From: Candidatus Kaiserbacteria bacterium
Lineage (GTDB): Bacteria > Patescibacteriota > Minisyncoccia > Phycocordibacterales > Phycocordibacteraceae
Direction: 5' to 3'
Length of the DNA: 64,000 nucleotides
Assembly: GCA_963699165.1 (NCBI GenBank)
Contig: OY969413.1
Location: 141,984-205,983 of the forward strand
Positions 19,209 through 28,563 of the stretch are shown piece by piece. Made by a program: the position numbers and the translations under genes. The stretch's first letter is position 1. Every line of letters begins with the position of its first letter. Below the pieces are notes generated by a model that ran no database searches, was not told the DNA's origin, and was given only the letters and a program-made list of their open reading frames with translations.

Positions 19209-19300
19209 GCAAACTCCTCACTCTGCGAATGTGCTTTTCGAAAAACGTCGCATTCGGATTTCTTCTCGTCGCATCGTAATATATATAGTATGATGCGGGT

Positions 19301-20041
19301 ATGAATCCGATTCTACAGCGCGGCGTTCTTTTTCTCGTTCCGTTCTCGCTCGTGTTTTGGTACATGCACGAACAATTCGAATCGGCGATTTTCCGCTCGA
19401 TTCAAAACGGACTCTCCGGATTTTATTCGGCCGATGGAATCATTTTCGGACTTATCGTCGCGTTCGTCATTCAACGGGAATGGGAAATTTGGACGAAACT
19501 TTCGGAGTCGGTTCAGACGGAAATCGACGCGGTTCGCGAATTGTGGAAATGGAGCTCGTTTGCCGAGCCGTCGCTGTGCAATGAGGCGCATCACCACCTC
19601 GAGCAATACCTAAAATGCATCGTTTCAGAGTGGCATAAGGGCGGGGAAGCCGAACGCAGCAAGAGCGTCGACGACGAGCTTGACGCGCTCCGAAGCATGG
19701 TTGCCGCAATGTCGGCGTCCGTGGGGAGTTTGAGTTTTCAATTGCAGGGCGCGTTTACCAATCTGGTGCAGGCGCGCAATCAGCGCTTGAGTTTCGGCAA
19801 CCAGCATATGCCGGGCATCCTGAAGCGCATCGTTATTTTTGCCGACATGCTGCTCATCCTTCTGTCTCTATTTATCGCGGTCAACAATCTGTACATCGAT
19901 TACATTTTTACCGCGTCAATCGGCTTGTTGGCGTTCGCGCTGATTTTGGTTGTCGATGACCTCGACAATCCGTTTCGGCCGGGCGCATGGCACTTGACGA
20001 CTGCGGGGTACGAGGCGATTCTCGCGGAATTGACTCACTGA
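19301..20041 (+). CDS. DUF4239/bestrophin-like membrane protein
   Basis: GIIFGLIVAFVI...W, LVQARNQRL, LVVDDLDNPF. Confidence 0.75.
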   Translation: MNPILQRGVLFLVPFSLVFWYMHEQFESAIFRSIQNGLSGFYSADGIIFGLIVAFVIQREWEIWTKLSESVQTEIDAVRELWKWSSFAEPSLCNEAHHHLEQYLKCIVSEWHKGGEAERSKSVDDELDALRSMVAAMSASVGSLSFQLQGAFTNLVQARNQRLSFGNQHMPGILKRIVIFADMLLILLSLFIAVNNLYIDYIFTASIGLLAFALILVVDDLDNPFRPGAWHLTTAGYEAILAELTH

Positions 20042-20044
20042 ACG

Positions 20045-20094
20045 AGAAAAGCGCGCGGCGGCATGATTTTCATCATGCCGCCGCGCGCTTTTCT
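20045..20094. terminator. 23-bp perfect hairpin between convergent genes
   Basis: AGAAAAGCGCGCGGCGGCATGAT-TTTC-reverse complement. Confidence 0.8.
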
Positions 20095-20106
20095 TTTTGA
20101 CGGGTA

Positions 20107-20772
20107 TTAATTGCCGGTGGTGAGGTTGCTCGCGGGCGTCATGGTGACATTGTCCGAACGATCAATCGACCGGATTACGTAATTGTACGTAGTGCTCGGT
20201 TGAAGTCCGGTAATCGTAATCGATTCGTTTGTCTGAGGCGTAGTGTTTTGCGCGAGCGTGCCGCTGATATAGGGCTGCTGGAAGGGCGCGGTCGCCTCGT
20301 TTGATTGAATCGGTTGCGTGCTGTAATACACCTGTCCCTGCGCCGGTTCGTTCGTCGACCAGCTCAGGGTGGCGCCATTCGAGTTTGTCGTTGCCGAGAA
20401 ATTCGATATTACCGGGACGCTCGTATCGAGTCCGAGACCCGAGTTCATCACGGCATTGATTTTTGCCAAGGTCGCCGGTCCAACGCGGCCGACTTGCGCG
20501 ATGCCGTAGCTAACTTGAAACTGCGTAACAGCGGCCTCTGTGAGGGCGCCGAAGTATCCCGTAACGGCTCCCTGTGGATAGATAAGCGGATTCGTTGCGA
20601 GGAATTGTTGAAGCGCCGTCACGTCGCTGCCGGTCGAACCGAGGCCCAGTTGCGTTGTGAGCGCCGCATTCGCATGCCCGGAACCGGCGGTGAACAAAAC
20701 GGCAAGAAACAGCACCGAAAACACGGATGTCGGCAAGAGATTTTTGCTTACGGAGATTGTGTGCATATTCAT
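20107..20772 (-). CDS. Secreted peptidoglycan-binding + fibronectin type III protein
   Basis: GSDVTALQQFL...GYFGALTEAAV..FQ; WSTNEPA, GLQPSTTYNY. Confidence 0.85.
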   Translation of the reverse strand: MNMHTISVSKNLLPTSVFSVLFLAVLFTAGSGHANAALTTQLGLGSTGSDVTALQQFLATNPLIYPQGAVTGYFGALTEAAVTQFQVSYGIAQVGRVGPATLAKINAVMNSGLGLDTSVPVISNFSATTNSNGATLSWSTNEPAQGQVYYSTQPIQSNEATAPFQQPYISGTLAQNTTPQTNESITITGLQPSTTYNYVIRSIDRSDNVTMTPASNLTTGN

Positions 20773-20889
20773 AAAGGGTATTGAGACAATGCCGATAAAT
20801 AATAAGATGCTGGTCGAATGCTCGGCCGCGTATCCGGCCTCTATGGGCGGTGCCGTTGCATGAAGAGTATGATGACAGCCGCGGCGCGG

Positions 20890-21480
20890 TCATTTCTGTC
20901 CTTTGATGCCCTTGATTTGCCGTTCCAGTTCCTTAATTTGGTTTTCCAATTTGTTTGTTCGTTCGGAAATATTTTCTTCCAACTTCTCCTCCATGTGATG
21001 CGTGTGATTGACGAGCGTTTCCGCGACGCTCATAATTTCAGTCACGTCTTCGATTGCCAGCAAAATGATATCGGGAAACAATTTCGAACCGGCGCTGCCG
21101 GCGAAATAAAATTGCCGCGCGTTCACCAGCAATACTTTTCGCCCGACAAACGGAAAATCGTGCACAAGTTCGAATCCTTTAAAAAAAGCATTTGCGGGTA
21201 AAATATCTTCCAGCAATCTTCTCAATTCGGGAATATTCCACTGTCCGTTTCCGAGTTCATACACCGGGACGAGCTCGGCATCCGTGCGATTAATCTGAAA
21301 TGTCCGGCAAAACTCGTCGTTTACCGCCGTAACGCGCAATTCCGTGTCCAAAATCAATACCGGTTCGCGCGCTATGTCGACGACCGCTTTGACGTACGTC
21401 CATCCTTCTTCCCATACTCGTGCAATGAAATCGTCCCACACGGATGCGGATGTTTTTTGAGGATTATTTTTTATCGCCAT
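20890..21480 (-). CDS. PAS domain protein with C-terminal coiled coil
   Basis: REPVLILD..LRV..N..F, YELGNGQWNIPELRRLLE, LLAIEDVTE. Confidence 0.85.
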   Translation of the reverse strand: MAIKNNPQKTSASVWDDFIARVWEEGWTYVKAVVDIAREPVLILDTELRVTAVNDEFCRTFQINRTDAELVPVYELGNGQWNIPELRRLLEDILPANAFFKGFELVHDFPFVGRKVLLVNARQFYFAGSAGSKLFPDIILLAIEDVTEIMSVAETLVNHTHHMEEKLEENISERTNKLENQIKELERQIKGIKGQK

Positions 21481-21673
21481 ATCAGTGAGCCGCACTGCGC
21501 CTCCAATTATTGCGGCGGCGTGTAAACTGGCGCCGCGAATCGCATCTCGATTTGCGGCGCAAAAAATCCGCAAATGAAATAGGCGCGAATTTTATCTCAA
21601 AAAGACATTCACCGTACTTTCACTGTAATAGGTGTGTAATACGCGGGTGATTTCCCAAATTCCAACACCCTCT

Positions 21674-22186
21674 ATGACTTTCCAAGAACAAATCATGCGT
21701 CAGGCGGCATTGACCGAGGCCTATAACGACCACAGAAAAAAACTAAATTCCTATGCATTTCTTAAGGTGCATAATCAGGCCGTGAGCGAGGATTTGGTGC
21801 AGGAGACCTTTACGAAGACGTGGAAGTATCTCGTGCGGGGCGGGCGCATCGATATCATGAAGGCCTTTCTTTACCACATACTCAACAACCTCATCGTGGA
21901 CGAATACCGGAAGCACAAAAACGTCTCGCTCGATGTTCTTCTCGAAAAAGGATATGAACCGAGCGTTGACACATCGGACCAGATGTTAAACGCGCTCGAC
22001 GGGGATTCGGCGGTCGTACTGATTCAGCGTCTGCCGCCCATGTATCAAAACGTCATACGCATGCGATATGTGCAAGGCCTGACGCTCGCGGAAATGGCGC
22101 TTATTACGGGGAAGTCGAAAAACACGATGGCCGTGCAGGTGCATCGCGGACTCGCAAAGCTCAAACAACTGTACAACCGTACCTAG
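21674..22186 (+). CDS. ECF-type RNA polymerase sigma factor
   Basis: EDLVQETFTKTW, AFLYHILNNLIVD region 2; region 4 HTH ...VQVHRGLAKLK. Confidence 0.92.
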   Translation: MTFQEQIMRQAALTEAYNDHRKKLNSYAFLKVHNQAVSEDLVQETFTKTWKYLVRGGRIDIMKAFLYHILNNLIVDEYRKHKNVSLDVLLEKGYEPSVDTSDQMLNALDGDSAVVLIQRLPPMYQNVIRMRYVQGLTLAEMALITGKSKNTMAVQVHRGLAKLKQLYNRT

Positions 22187-22191
22187 GTTGT

Positions 22192-22240
22192 GCGGCTAAC
22201 TGAAAGGGCCGCGCAATGCGCGGCCCTTTCAGTTAGCCGC
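22192..22240. terminator. 23-bp perfect hairpin downstream of ECF sigma gene
   Basis: GCGGCTAACTGAAAGGGCCGCGC-AAT-reverse complement. Confidence 0.7.
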
Positions 22241-22473
22241 GTAATGCGGCAGCAGAGTAGTCATAGCTATCGACATGATGATCAATAACGAAAGAGCTGA
22301 GAATGCGATCGTGGCCGCGTTTCTTCGCGCATTGTACTCGCCCGAAGATGAAAGAATTATGAAAATAAGGCGTATTCCGGCGTCCGGGCGCCTTCATCTT
22401 GCGTTCATGAGGACAGGGCTACACTGCATTCACGGTGCGGGGATTATTTATTAGAAATGGTACTATTGTCAAT

Positions 22474-23148
22474 ATGAGAATACTTGTTGTCGAAGACGAG
22501 GTAAAGCTCGCCGAGAGCTTGGCCGAAGGGCTCGCAAAAAAGGGGTATGCGGTTGACGCGATACACGACGGCGCAAAGGCGTTCACGCGCATATCAATGT
22601 ACCGCAACGACTACGATTTGGTCATCCTCGATCTCATGCTGCCCTCGATGAGCGGATATGATATCTGCAGGCAGATGCGCGCCGAAGGGATGACCGTGCC
22701 GATTTTGGTGCTGACCGCGCGAAGCGAAATCGACGACAAAGTCCAGCTGCTCCTTGCCGGCGCCGATGACTATCTCGAAAAGCCGTTTTCGTTCGCGGAA
22801 CTCACGGCGCGCATTCAGGCGATATTGCGCCGGCCGACTGCGTCGATTCCGTCGGTGCTGCAGGCGCTCGACATCGAGCTCAATCCTTCAGAGCACACGG
22901 CCGCACGCGACGGAGTTCCGCTCACGCTCACGCTCAAGGAATTCGGCCTGCTTGAATATTTTCTCCGCCATCCGAATCAGGTCGTAAATCGCGAAGATCT
23001 CATCACGCACTTATGGGACTCAAATTACGAGTCATTTAGCAACGTAGTCGATGTCCATGTCAAAAACCTCCGCCAAAAACTTGATCGCGGCTCGTACCCA
23101 AGCATACTGGAGACGGTTCGAGGCATCGGTTACCGGCTTCGCGCATAG
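22474..23148 (+). CDS. OmpR-family response regulator
   Basis: ILVVEDE, LDLMLP, LTAR, ADDYLEKPF, winged helix ETVRGIGYRL. Confidence 0.95.
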   Translation: MRILVVEDEVKLAESLAEGLAKKGYAVDAIHDGAKAFTRISMYRNDYDLVILDLMLPSMSGYDICRQMRAEGMTVPILVLTARSEIDDKVQLLLAGADDYLEKPFSFAELTARIQAILRRPTASIPSVLQALDIELNPSEHTAARDGVPLTLTLKEFGLLEYFLRHPNQVVNREDLITHLWDSNYESFSNVVDVHVKNLRQKLDRGSYPSILETVRGIGYRLRA

Positions 23149-24148
23149 GCATAAACTCAAGCTTTTTTTCCGCGTCGAGACGAAAATCATTCTCGCGCAA
23201 GCGGTGTTCGGCCTGCTCATCATCGGGGTCGTTGCCTTCCTTATCTCGTTTGCGCGCACACGCGGGTTCAATTTGATGAGTACCGATGTTCTCACCGACG
23301 TCGTCATCGTCGCGGTTACCGCGGCGTTTGGATATCTTGTCATGCGGCTTGCGCTTGCGCCGACGCACGAAGCGCTCGTCGCGCAGAAACGATTTATCAA
23401 CAGCATTGCGCACGAACTTCGCACGCCGCTGTCGATTATGCGCATGAATGCCGAAGTGACCTTGCTTGAGGAAAATCTCGACGGGCATATTCGCACGCTG
23501 CTCGATTCGAATATCGAGGAAATCGACCGCACGAGCCATATCATCAACAATGTTTTGCTGATGAGCACGTTTCTCGGACCGGATAAAATGGAGTTTGTCG
23601 ATGTCGATCTCGGCAGGATCGTTGACCGCATGTTGCAGAAGCTCGCACCGCTCGCGGAATACCGCGGCATTCGCATTGTCGTGAAAAAAATCGACGGCGG
23701 GGTAGTCGTCGGCAATGCGCAGGCGCTGGAACATGCCGTCGAAAACATCGTTACCAATGCCATAACCTTCACACCGTTCGGCGGCAAAATAAAAATTACC
23801 ATCGGTCCGGAACGGCGGGGCGCAGTCGATTTAACGGTTGAGGACACGGGCATCGGCATTGAACGAAAAGACATCAAGTCCATACTCGAGCCGTTTTATC
23901 GTTCCGAGACGTCGCGAAATCGCGCATTTGGCGGTTCCGGCCTCGGCCTCGCCATCGTAAATGAAATAGTGAAAATGCACCACGGCAAGATTTACATATG
24001 CAGCGCGCCAGGGAAGGGCACAACCGTGTTCGTCTCGCTTGCCCGAAGCCGCGCGCCGCACGGAGAAAAGAAACCGAATGTCGGTTTCGCCGGCGCCGCG
24101 GCCGATGCCGCAAAAATTCGTCAAAATCTGTCTTACTCGCGCGGATGA
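23051..24148 (+). CDS. Sensor histidine kinase (HisKA + HATPase), start overlaps response regulator; exact start uncertain
   Basis: Two TMs, AHELRTPL, N box NIVTNAI, DTGIGI, GSGLGLAI. Confidence 0.9.
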   Translation: MSMSKTSAKNLIAARTQAYWRRFEASVTGFAHRHKLKLFFRVETKIILAQAVFGLLIIGVVAFLISFARTRGFNLMSTDVLTDVVIVAVTAAFGYLVMRLALAPTHEALVAQKRFINSIAHELRTPLSIMRMNAEVTLLEENLDGHIRTLLDSNIEEIDRTSHIINNVLLMSTFLGPDKMEFVDVDLGRIVDRMLQKLAPLAEYRGIRIVVKKIDGGVVVGNAQALEHAVENIVTNAITFTPFGGKIKITIGPERRGAVDLTVEDTGIGIERKDIKSILEPFYRSETSRNRAFGGSGLGLAIVNEIVKMHHGKIYICSAPGKGTTVFVSLARSRAPHGEKKPNVGFAGAAADAAKIRQNLSYSRG

Positions 24149-25176
24149 GCAATCGAGACGCTTGTTCCTTTCGGCGAACTTTCGGTGCGAACGACGGCGC
24201 CCAGCTGGCTTGCAAGCGCGCCGACGATGCTGGTGCCGAGTCCGCCGCGGTCACCCTCTCTATTTTTTTCCGTATGGCCGACGCCGTTGTCCCGTACTCC
24301 GAGCGTCCATGCCGAACCGTCCGATTCGTAGGTGACGGTAATTTCCCCTTTTTTTCCGTTCGGAAACGCGTGTTTTATCGAATTGATAACCAACTCGGTG
24401 GTGATAAGCCCCATGCTTATGGCCATATCCGACGACGCGGAGCCCTTGCCCGCGACGACTTCTATTTTAATCGGTTTGCGGTCGGCAATCATCGAACGCT
24501 CCAAGCTGTCGCAGAGCCCTTGCAAATACTTCGAGATTCCCACATCCTCTCCGATGCCGACGGGATCGAGCTGCTGTTCGACCGTTGCGATTGACAAAAT
24601 GCGCTGGTGCGCGTCTTCGAGATGCCGGCGGCTTTCCTTCGATTCGACCGTCTCGGCCTTCAGTATCAAAATGCTCGCAATGAGCTGCAAGCTGTTCGCG
24701 ATGCGATGCCGCATTTCGCGCAGCAGCACGTCTTTTTGCGCCATGAGTTTTTCGCGGTCGAGTTCGAGCGTCCGCCGTGCGGTGACGTCCGAAATCGACA
24801 GCAGCATTTTCCGTTGTTTGTCGGGAAAACGTATTTCACGCGCATTAATAAGAACCGTCCGCGGTTCGGACGCGGGCGAAAGGTGGGATACCTCGTAGCC
24901 GGTTACGACTTTGTGCTTCGGTATCACCTCCTCCAAAAGCGTGCGCAGTTCGGGAATGTCCCATTTCCCGCCGTCGAGTTCGTAAAACTTCTTATCGACG
25001 GACGATTCTTTCGATAGGCGGAAGTCCTCGTAAAAAGAACGGCTTGCGGCGACCACGCGCAAATCCTCATCAAGGACAATCAGCGGCTCGCGAATGGTAT
25101 CTATGATTGCGCGCGAAAGGACGTGCCCATCTTTTGAGTCATCGAGCGGATCAAAGACCCTCTGCGGATTCTCCAT
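24133..25176 (-). CDS. Soluble PAS + HisKA_2/HWE-type histidine kinase
   Basis: EMRHRIANSLQ, ELVINSIKHAF, DNGVG, GLGTSIV. Confidence 0.92.
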   Translation of the reverse strand: MENPQRVFDPLDDSKDGHVLSRAIIDTIREPLIVLDEDLRVVAASRSFYEDFRLSKESSVDKKFYELDGGKWDIPELRTLLEEVIPKHKVVTGYEVSHLSPASEPRTVLINAREIRFPDKQRKMLLSISDVTARRTLELDREKLMAQKDVLLREMRHRIANSLQLIASILILKAETVESKESRRHLEDAHQRILSIATVEQQLDPVGIGEDVGISKYLQGLCDSLERSMIADRKPIKIEVVAGKGSASSDMAISMGLITTELVINSIKHAFPNGKKGEITVTYESDGSAWTLGVRDNGVGHTEKNREGDRGGLGTSIVGALASQLGAVVRTESSPKGTSVSIAHPRE

Positions 25177-25286
25177 GTACTCACACTATACTGCATGTTA
25201 ATGAAAGTAAAATGAATTTCTGGGGATGGCGATAGCAGGTCGTAAATTCACGCATTCTCCATGATGAAAAGGGTACTTTTAGTTGC

Positions 25287-25685
25287 ATGTACGGCACCAT
25301 CGCTTTGTATCGGATATATTTCAACATCGCGCGCCGGTCGGCGTGGACGATTGCATTCCTCCTACTTTCTTTCGGCAATTTCGGTTTTATCCAAAATTAT
25401 GCGCACGCCGCCGGTGCCGCGTATGCCGGTGGAGCATCGCTCACCGATGGAGCGGGAACGTTTCTCGGCGGGGAGTTCGCTATGAACACGTTTAATGACG
25501 CGGTGAATCCGCATTCGGGAGTAGTAAGCACCGCCGCGCCGGTGTTGCCGTGGCAATATGTCGCAGTTGCGTTCGCACTGCTCGCTGCAGCCGCCGTATA
25601 TGTTTTTGCGCGCTCGGCGTCGAGTGCGCGCAAAATAAAAATAGCTAGGAATATTTCCATCAAAACGGCGCGCTCCGCCGCATAG
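25287..25685 (+). CDS. Hypothetical membrane protein
   Basis: Signal-like N-terminus and C-terminal TM followed by basic tail. Confidence 0.45.
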   Translation: MYGTIALYRIYFNIARRSAWTIAFLLLSFGNFGFIQNYAHAAGAAYAGGASLTDGAGTFLGGEFAMNTFNDAVNPHSGVVSTAAPVLPWQYVAVAFALLAAAAVYVFARSASSARKIKIARNISIKTARSAA

Positions 25686-25759
25686 AGTTATCGGGCGGAA
25701 TCGTGTTGGTACAAACACAAGTCCGCCGGTCTGCGCGATGCGCAGACCGGCGGTTCCGC

Positions 25760-26164
25760 TTAGGGCCATTCGATTGGGACCTCGGCGCGAGGAGCGCGCT
25801 CGAAGCATTCCTCCGGGAAAAGGTATTGCTCGAAATCTCGCAGCACCAGTGCCGAATGTTCCGCCTCCTTCACTGCGGTCAGCATGGTGAAAAGCGTTGG
25901 GCGGTATTCATCCGGTCGTGTGACGAATATCACACTAATCGCCGTGACCGGTGTAATCTTCCGTACGACAATGAACACGGTTTTCCCCGGACCCCGTTGG
26001 TCTTCGATGTATCCGGGTTCGTAGAACACGTTGCCGTCAACATCTGTGAGTACTAGTCGATTGAGGGAAACGCAGTCAAGTCCTCGAAGTACGACGTGGC
26101 ACCCCGTTTCGATTTTTTCCTTTAATCTCTCGGTCGCGCGGGTTTGCCTTTCGATTGACGCCAT
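25760..26164 (-). CDS. Orphan protein (cassette)
   Basis: AAGGAG SD before MASIERQT; hairpin 25720-25755. Confidence 0.55.
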   Translation of the reverse strand: MASIERQTRATERLKEKIETGCHVVLRGLDCVSLNRLVLTDVDGNVFYEPGYIEDQRGPGKTVFIVVRKITPVTAISVIFVTRPDEYRPTLFTMLTAVKEAEHSALVLRDFEQYLFPEECFERAPRAEVPIEWP

Positions 26165-26260
26165 GCTGAACTCCTTCCGCTGGTTGTATATCAGAAATAG
26201 GGGACATAGGCAACATTTTGTACTATGCTGCATGCAGGTTGCTATCGAATGGAGAGTACG

Positions 26261-26500
26261 ATGTTCGGTTGGTTTTTTGTCATGTATCTCACGGCACTCA
26301 CGGCGGCCTTCTCGGTGTCCGCTCCTAAGACGAACCCAACTCCGAATCGAGGATGTTCGAATCCGCAGTGCAAGAAACCGGGCGCGGGTGTCTATGACGT
26401 CATTGTGATTGATGGCGTACGATTCGAGGCGTGTTCGGCCGCGTGCTTGCATCAGCTCGCCGCGCTCTATCTCAAGGTCTTGCCGACATGTAGGTGGTAA
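26261..26500 (+). CDS. Small secreted Cys-rich orphan (CxxxxC...CSxxC)
   Basis: GGAG SD, hydrophobic N-terminus, CSNPQC and CSAAC. Confidence 0.5.
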   Translation: MFGWFFVMYLTALTAAFSVSAPKTNPTPNRGCSNPQCKKPGAGVYDVIVIDGVRFEACSAACLHQLAALYLKVLPTCRW

Positions 26501-26538
26501 CTTGTTCTCGCGCGCGTTCCCCGTGTGGAAACGGGCGC

Positions 26539-27599
26539 GGCGACTAGTCTTTTGAATTCGAACGTTTGATACATTGAGCGAATGAAAAAACCTCCGGCGG
26601 TGCGCACTTCACAAGGTCCGAACGAGACGAAATACAGATACTGTTAGCGAAGGGATACTCTTTGCAAGATGTCGGAGATGCACTCGACCGACCGAAGAGT
26701 GTCATATGGTACGAGACGCAAAAGAAGAGGAAGGGACGGCCGTATGATGCTGCATATGCGCATCACATTTCATACGTACGAAGGAAATACAGCCGAGCGG
26801 TCGGCAAGATGATTGCTCTCGACCCGAAGCTCCGGAAGTTCATCGAGGCGCATCTCTTCGACGATCAGTCGCCCGAAAACATCTCACTTCGATTGAAGCG
26901 GATCGAGAAGGATATCGGATATGCTTCATCCTCGGCTATACGCCGATATATCAAGAGCCCGTATGGCAGACGGATCGAGTCGCATCGAGCAAAGTTATTC
27001 AAGAAGAGGCGACGCTCTCGGCCATCGAAACCACACATTGCCGACAAGCGCCTGATCGACAAACGACCGAGCAAAATCAACAAGCGATGGGGATTGGGTC
27101 ACATGGAGGGCGACTTCATCGTGTCGGGCAAGAGCGGTCAAGGCATCATTCTTGGTCTGCGGGATCGCAGGGTGCGCAAAAACCTGCTGGAGCGGATCCT
27201 GCCAGTGTCAGTGCGAAACGTGGAGCGAGCGCTTCGCAGAATGAAAAAGCGGTATCCCGAGATGCAGACCATCACATTCGACAACGATATTCTCTTTCTC
27301 GAACACAAACGGCTAGAGAAGGTGCTTGGGGTGAAGATATATTTCTGTCATGTGCATGCGCCATGGGAGAAGCCATCAATCGAGAATCTGAACAAGGACT
27401 TGCGGCGGTACATCCCGAAAAGCTCGGATATTTCAAAGTATTCAAAAAGATTTGTGCAGAAACTCGAAGCAAAGATGAATCGCCGCTTCATGGATGTGCT
27501 CGGTTCACTCACGCCAGATGAGGCGTATGCTGCGGAAAAGAAACAACGCGCTCAGAGGAGCGCAAAAAACCGTCGTTCGAATTGAGGGGTTTGGGTGCC
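26539..27599 (+). mobile_element. IS30-family element copy A (1061 bp)
   Basis: Ends GGC...AATTCGAACG as imperfect IRs; 3-bp TSD CGC; transposase motifs GHMEGDFI, ITFDND, WEKPSIENLN. Confidence 0.92.
26582..27585 (+). CDS. IS30-family transposase; ATG out of frame with the long ORF (A6 run after start)
   Basis: Long frame gives HFTRSERDEIQILL HTH; one extra A at ATGAAAAAAC joins ATG 26582 to it. Confidence 0.8.
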
Positions 27600-27720
27600 C
27601 GCTTGAAATTTTATGAAATATGGCTCGCTGGAGAGCGATTGTCAACCTTTTTTAGCCATGCATGTGCGTGCACGGAAATCGAGCCCCACATTTGTCAGGG
27701 GGCTCGAGATTGCCTTGTTA

Positions 27721-28041
27721 TCATGCGGACTTTTCCGCGCATTTGTTTAAAACCTCCTGCAAACAACTCCGCGCCGCAGTTTGGATTTCCGCGTAAAGTT
27801 GCGACTTAACGGGAAGTTGGTCCGCCTTTCCTGCCGGTTGGGAGATTTGCCTGAGATTGCCCACCATAGTCCTGTTAGGATTTTTCCTCGCCATGGGCAA
27901 CTCTCCGAAGCAATAACCCCAGACAATCTTTCCGTCTTTTCGATACCCAATGAAAACAATCGGGTATCCTTCACTGTCTTCTGAAAGTCGTGCAACGATT
28001 TTGCCGCGGCTGAAGAAATGCTCTTCGTTTTGTGGTGCCAT
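27721..28041 (-). CDS. Orphan protein (cassette)
   Basis: GGAGGG SD, promoter TGGACT-17-TATGGT, hairpin 27678-27710. Confidence 0.55.
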   Translation of the reverse strand: MAPQNEEHFFSRGKIVARLSEDSEGYPIVFIGYRKDGKIVWGYCFGELPMARKNPNRTMVGNLRQISQPAGKADQLPVKSQLYAEIQTAARSCLQEVLNKCAEKSA

Positions 28042-28162
28042 TCGAACCCTCCTGCCCTCACCATACCATCTGCGATTTTTTGAGTCCAGCGCGTGCCTCG
28101 GGGCAAAGAGAAGGGCCGCTCGTGAGAGCGGCCTTCGTGAATCCGCGCGTTTTATGCGAGTT

Positions 28163-28489
28163 TTAAAGGAACGATTCTGCTCTCGTACTTTCCCGCACGC
28201 GGTCAATTATGGCATCGATATGCGGTGCTGCCGCCAGTAGAACCTTTCTTATGATATCGACGGAGACACCCGGGATTATGATTTGGAACATCTGAATTGG
28301 TCCATCTTGTCTCGGATTCCGACTTCCGAGAAATGGAACTGCTTCTCCGTCCTCGAAAACCCAATCTCGTTTCCGGTGATTGACCTTGACCCCGTTCGGA
28401 GTACCAATCGTAACCGAGAAACTTCCGCCTCTGCGGCATAACCAGATTTCGACCGCCGTGTCTGTGTGCGTATGACTCATCTGCATCAA
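28163..28489 (-). CDS. Orphan protein (cassette)
   Basis: Promoter CTGACA-16-TATAGT at 28558-28531; terminator 28111-28136. Confidence 0.5.
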   Translation of the reverse strand: MMQMSHTHTDTAVEIWLCRRGGSFSVTIGTPNGVKVNHRKRDWVFEDGEAVPFLGSRNPRQDGPIQMFQIIIPGVSVDIIRKVLLAAAPHIDAIIDRVRESTRAESFL

Positions 28490-28563
28490 TTTCTACCCCG
28501 ATGTATCGACGACCAATCGCGTCTGAGCCGACTATACTACAACCGTCGCATTTGTCAGCGACA

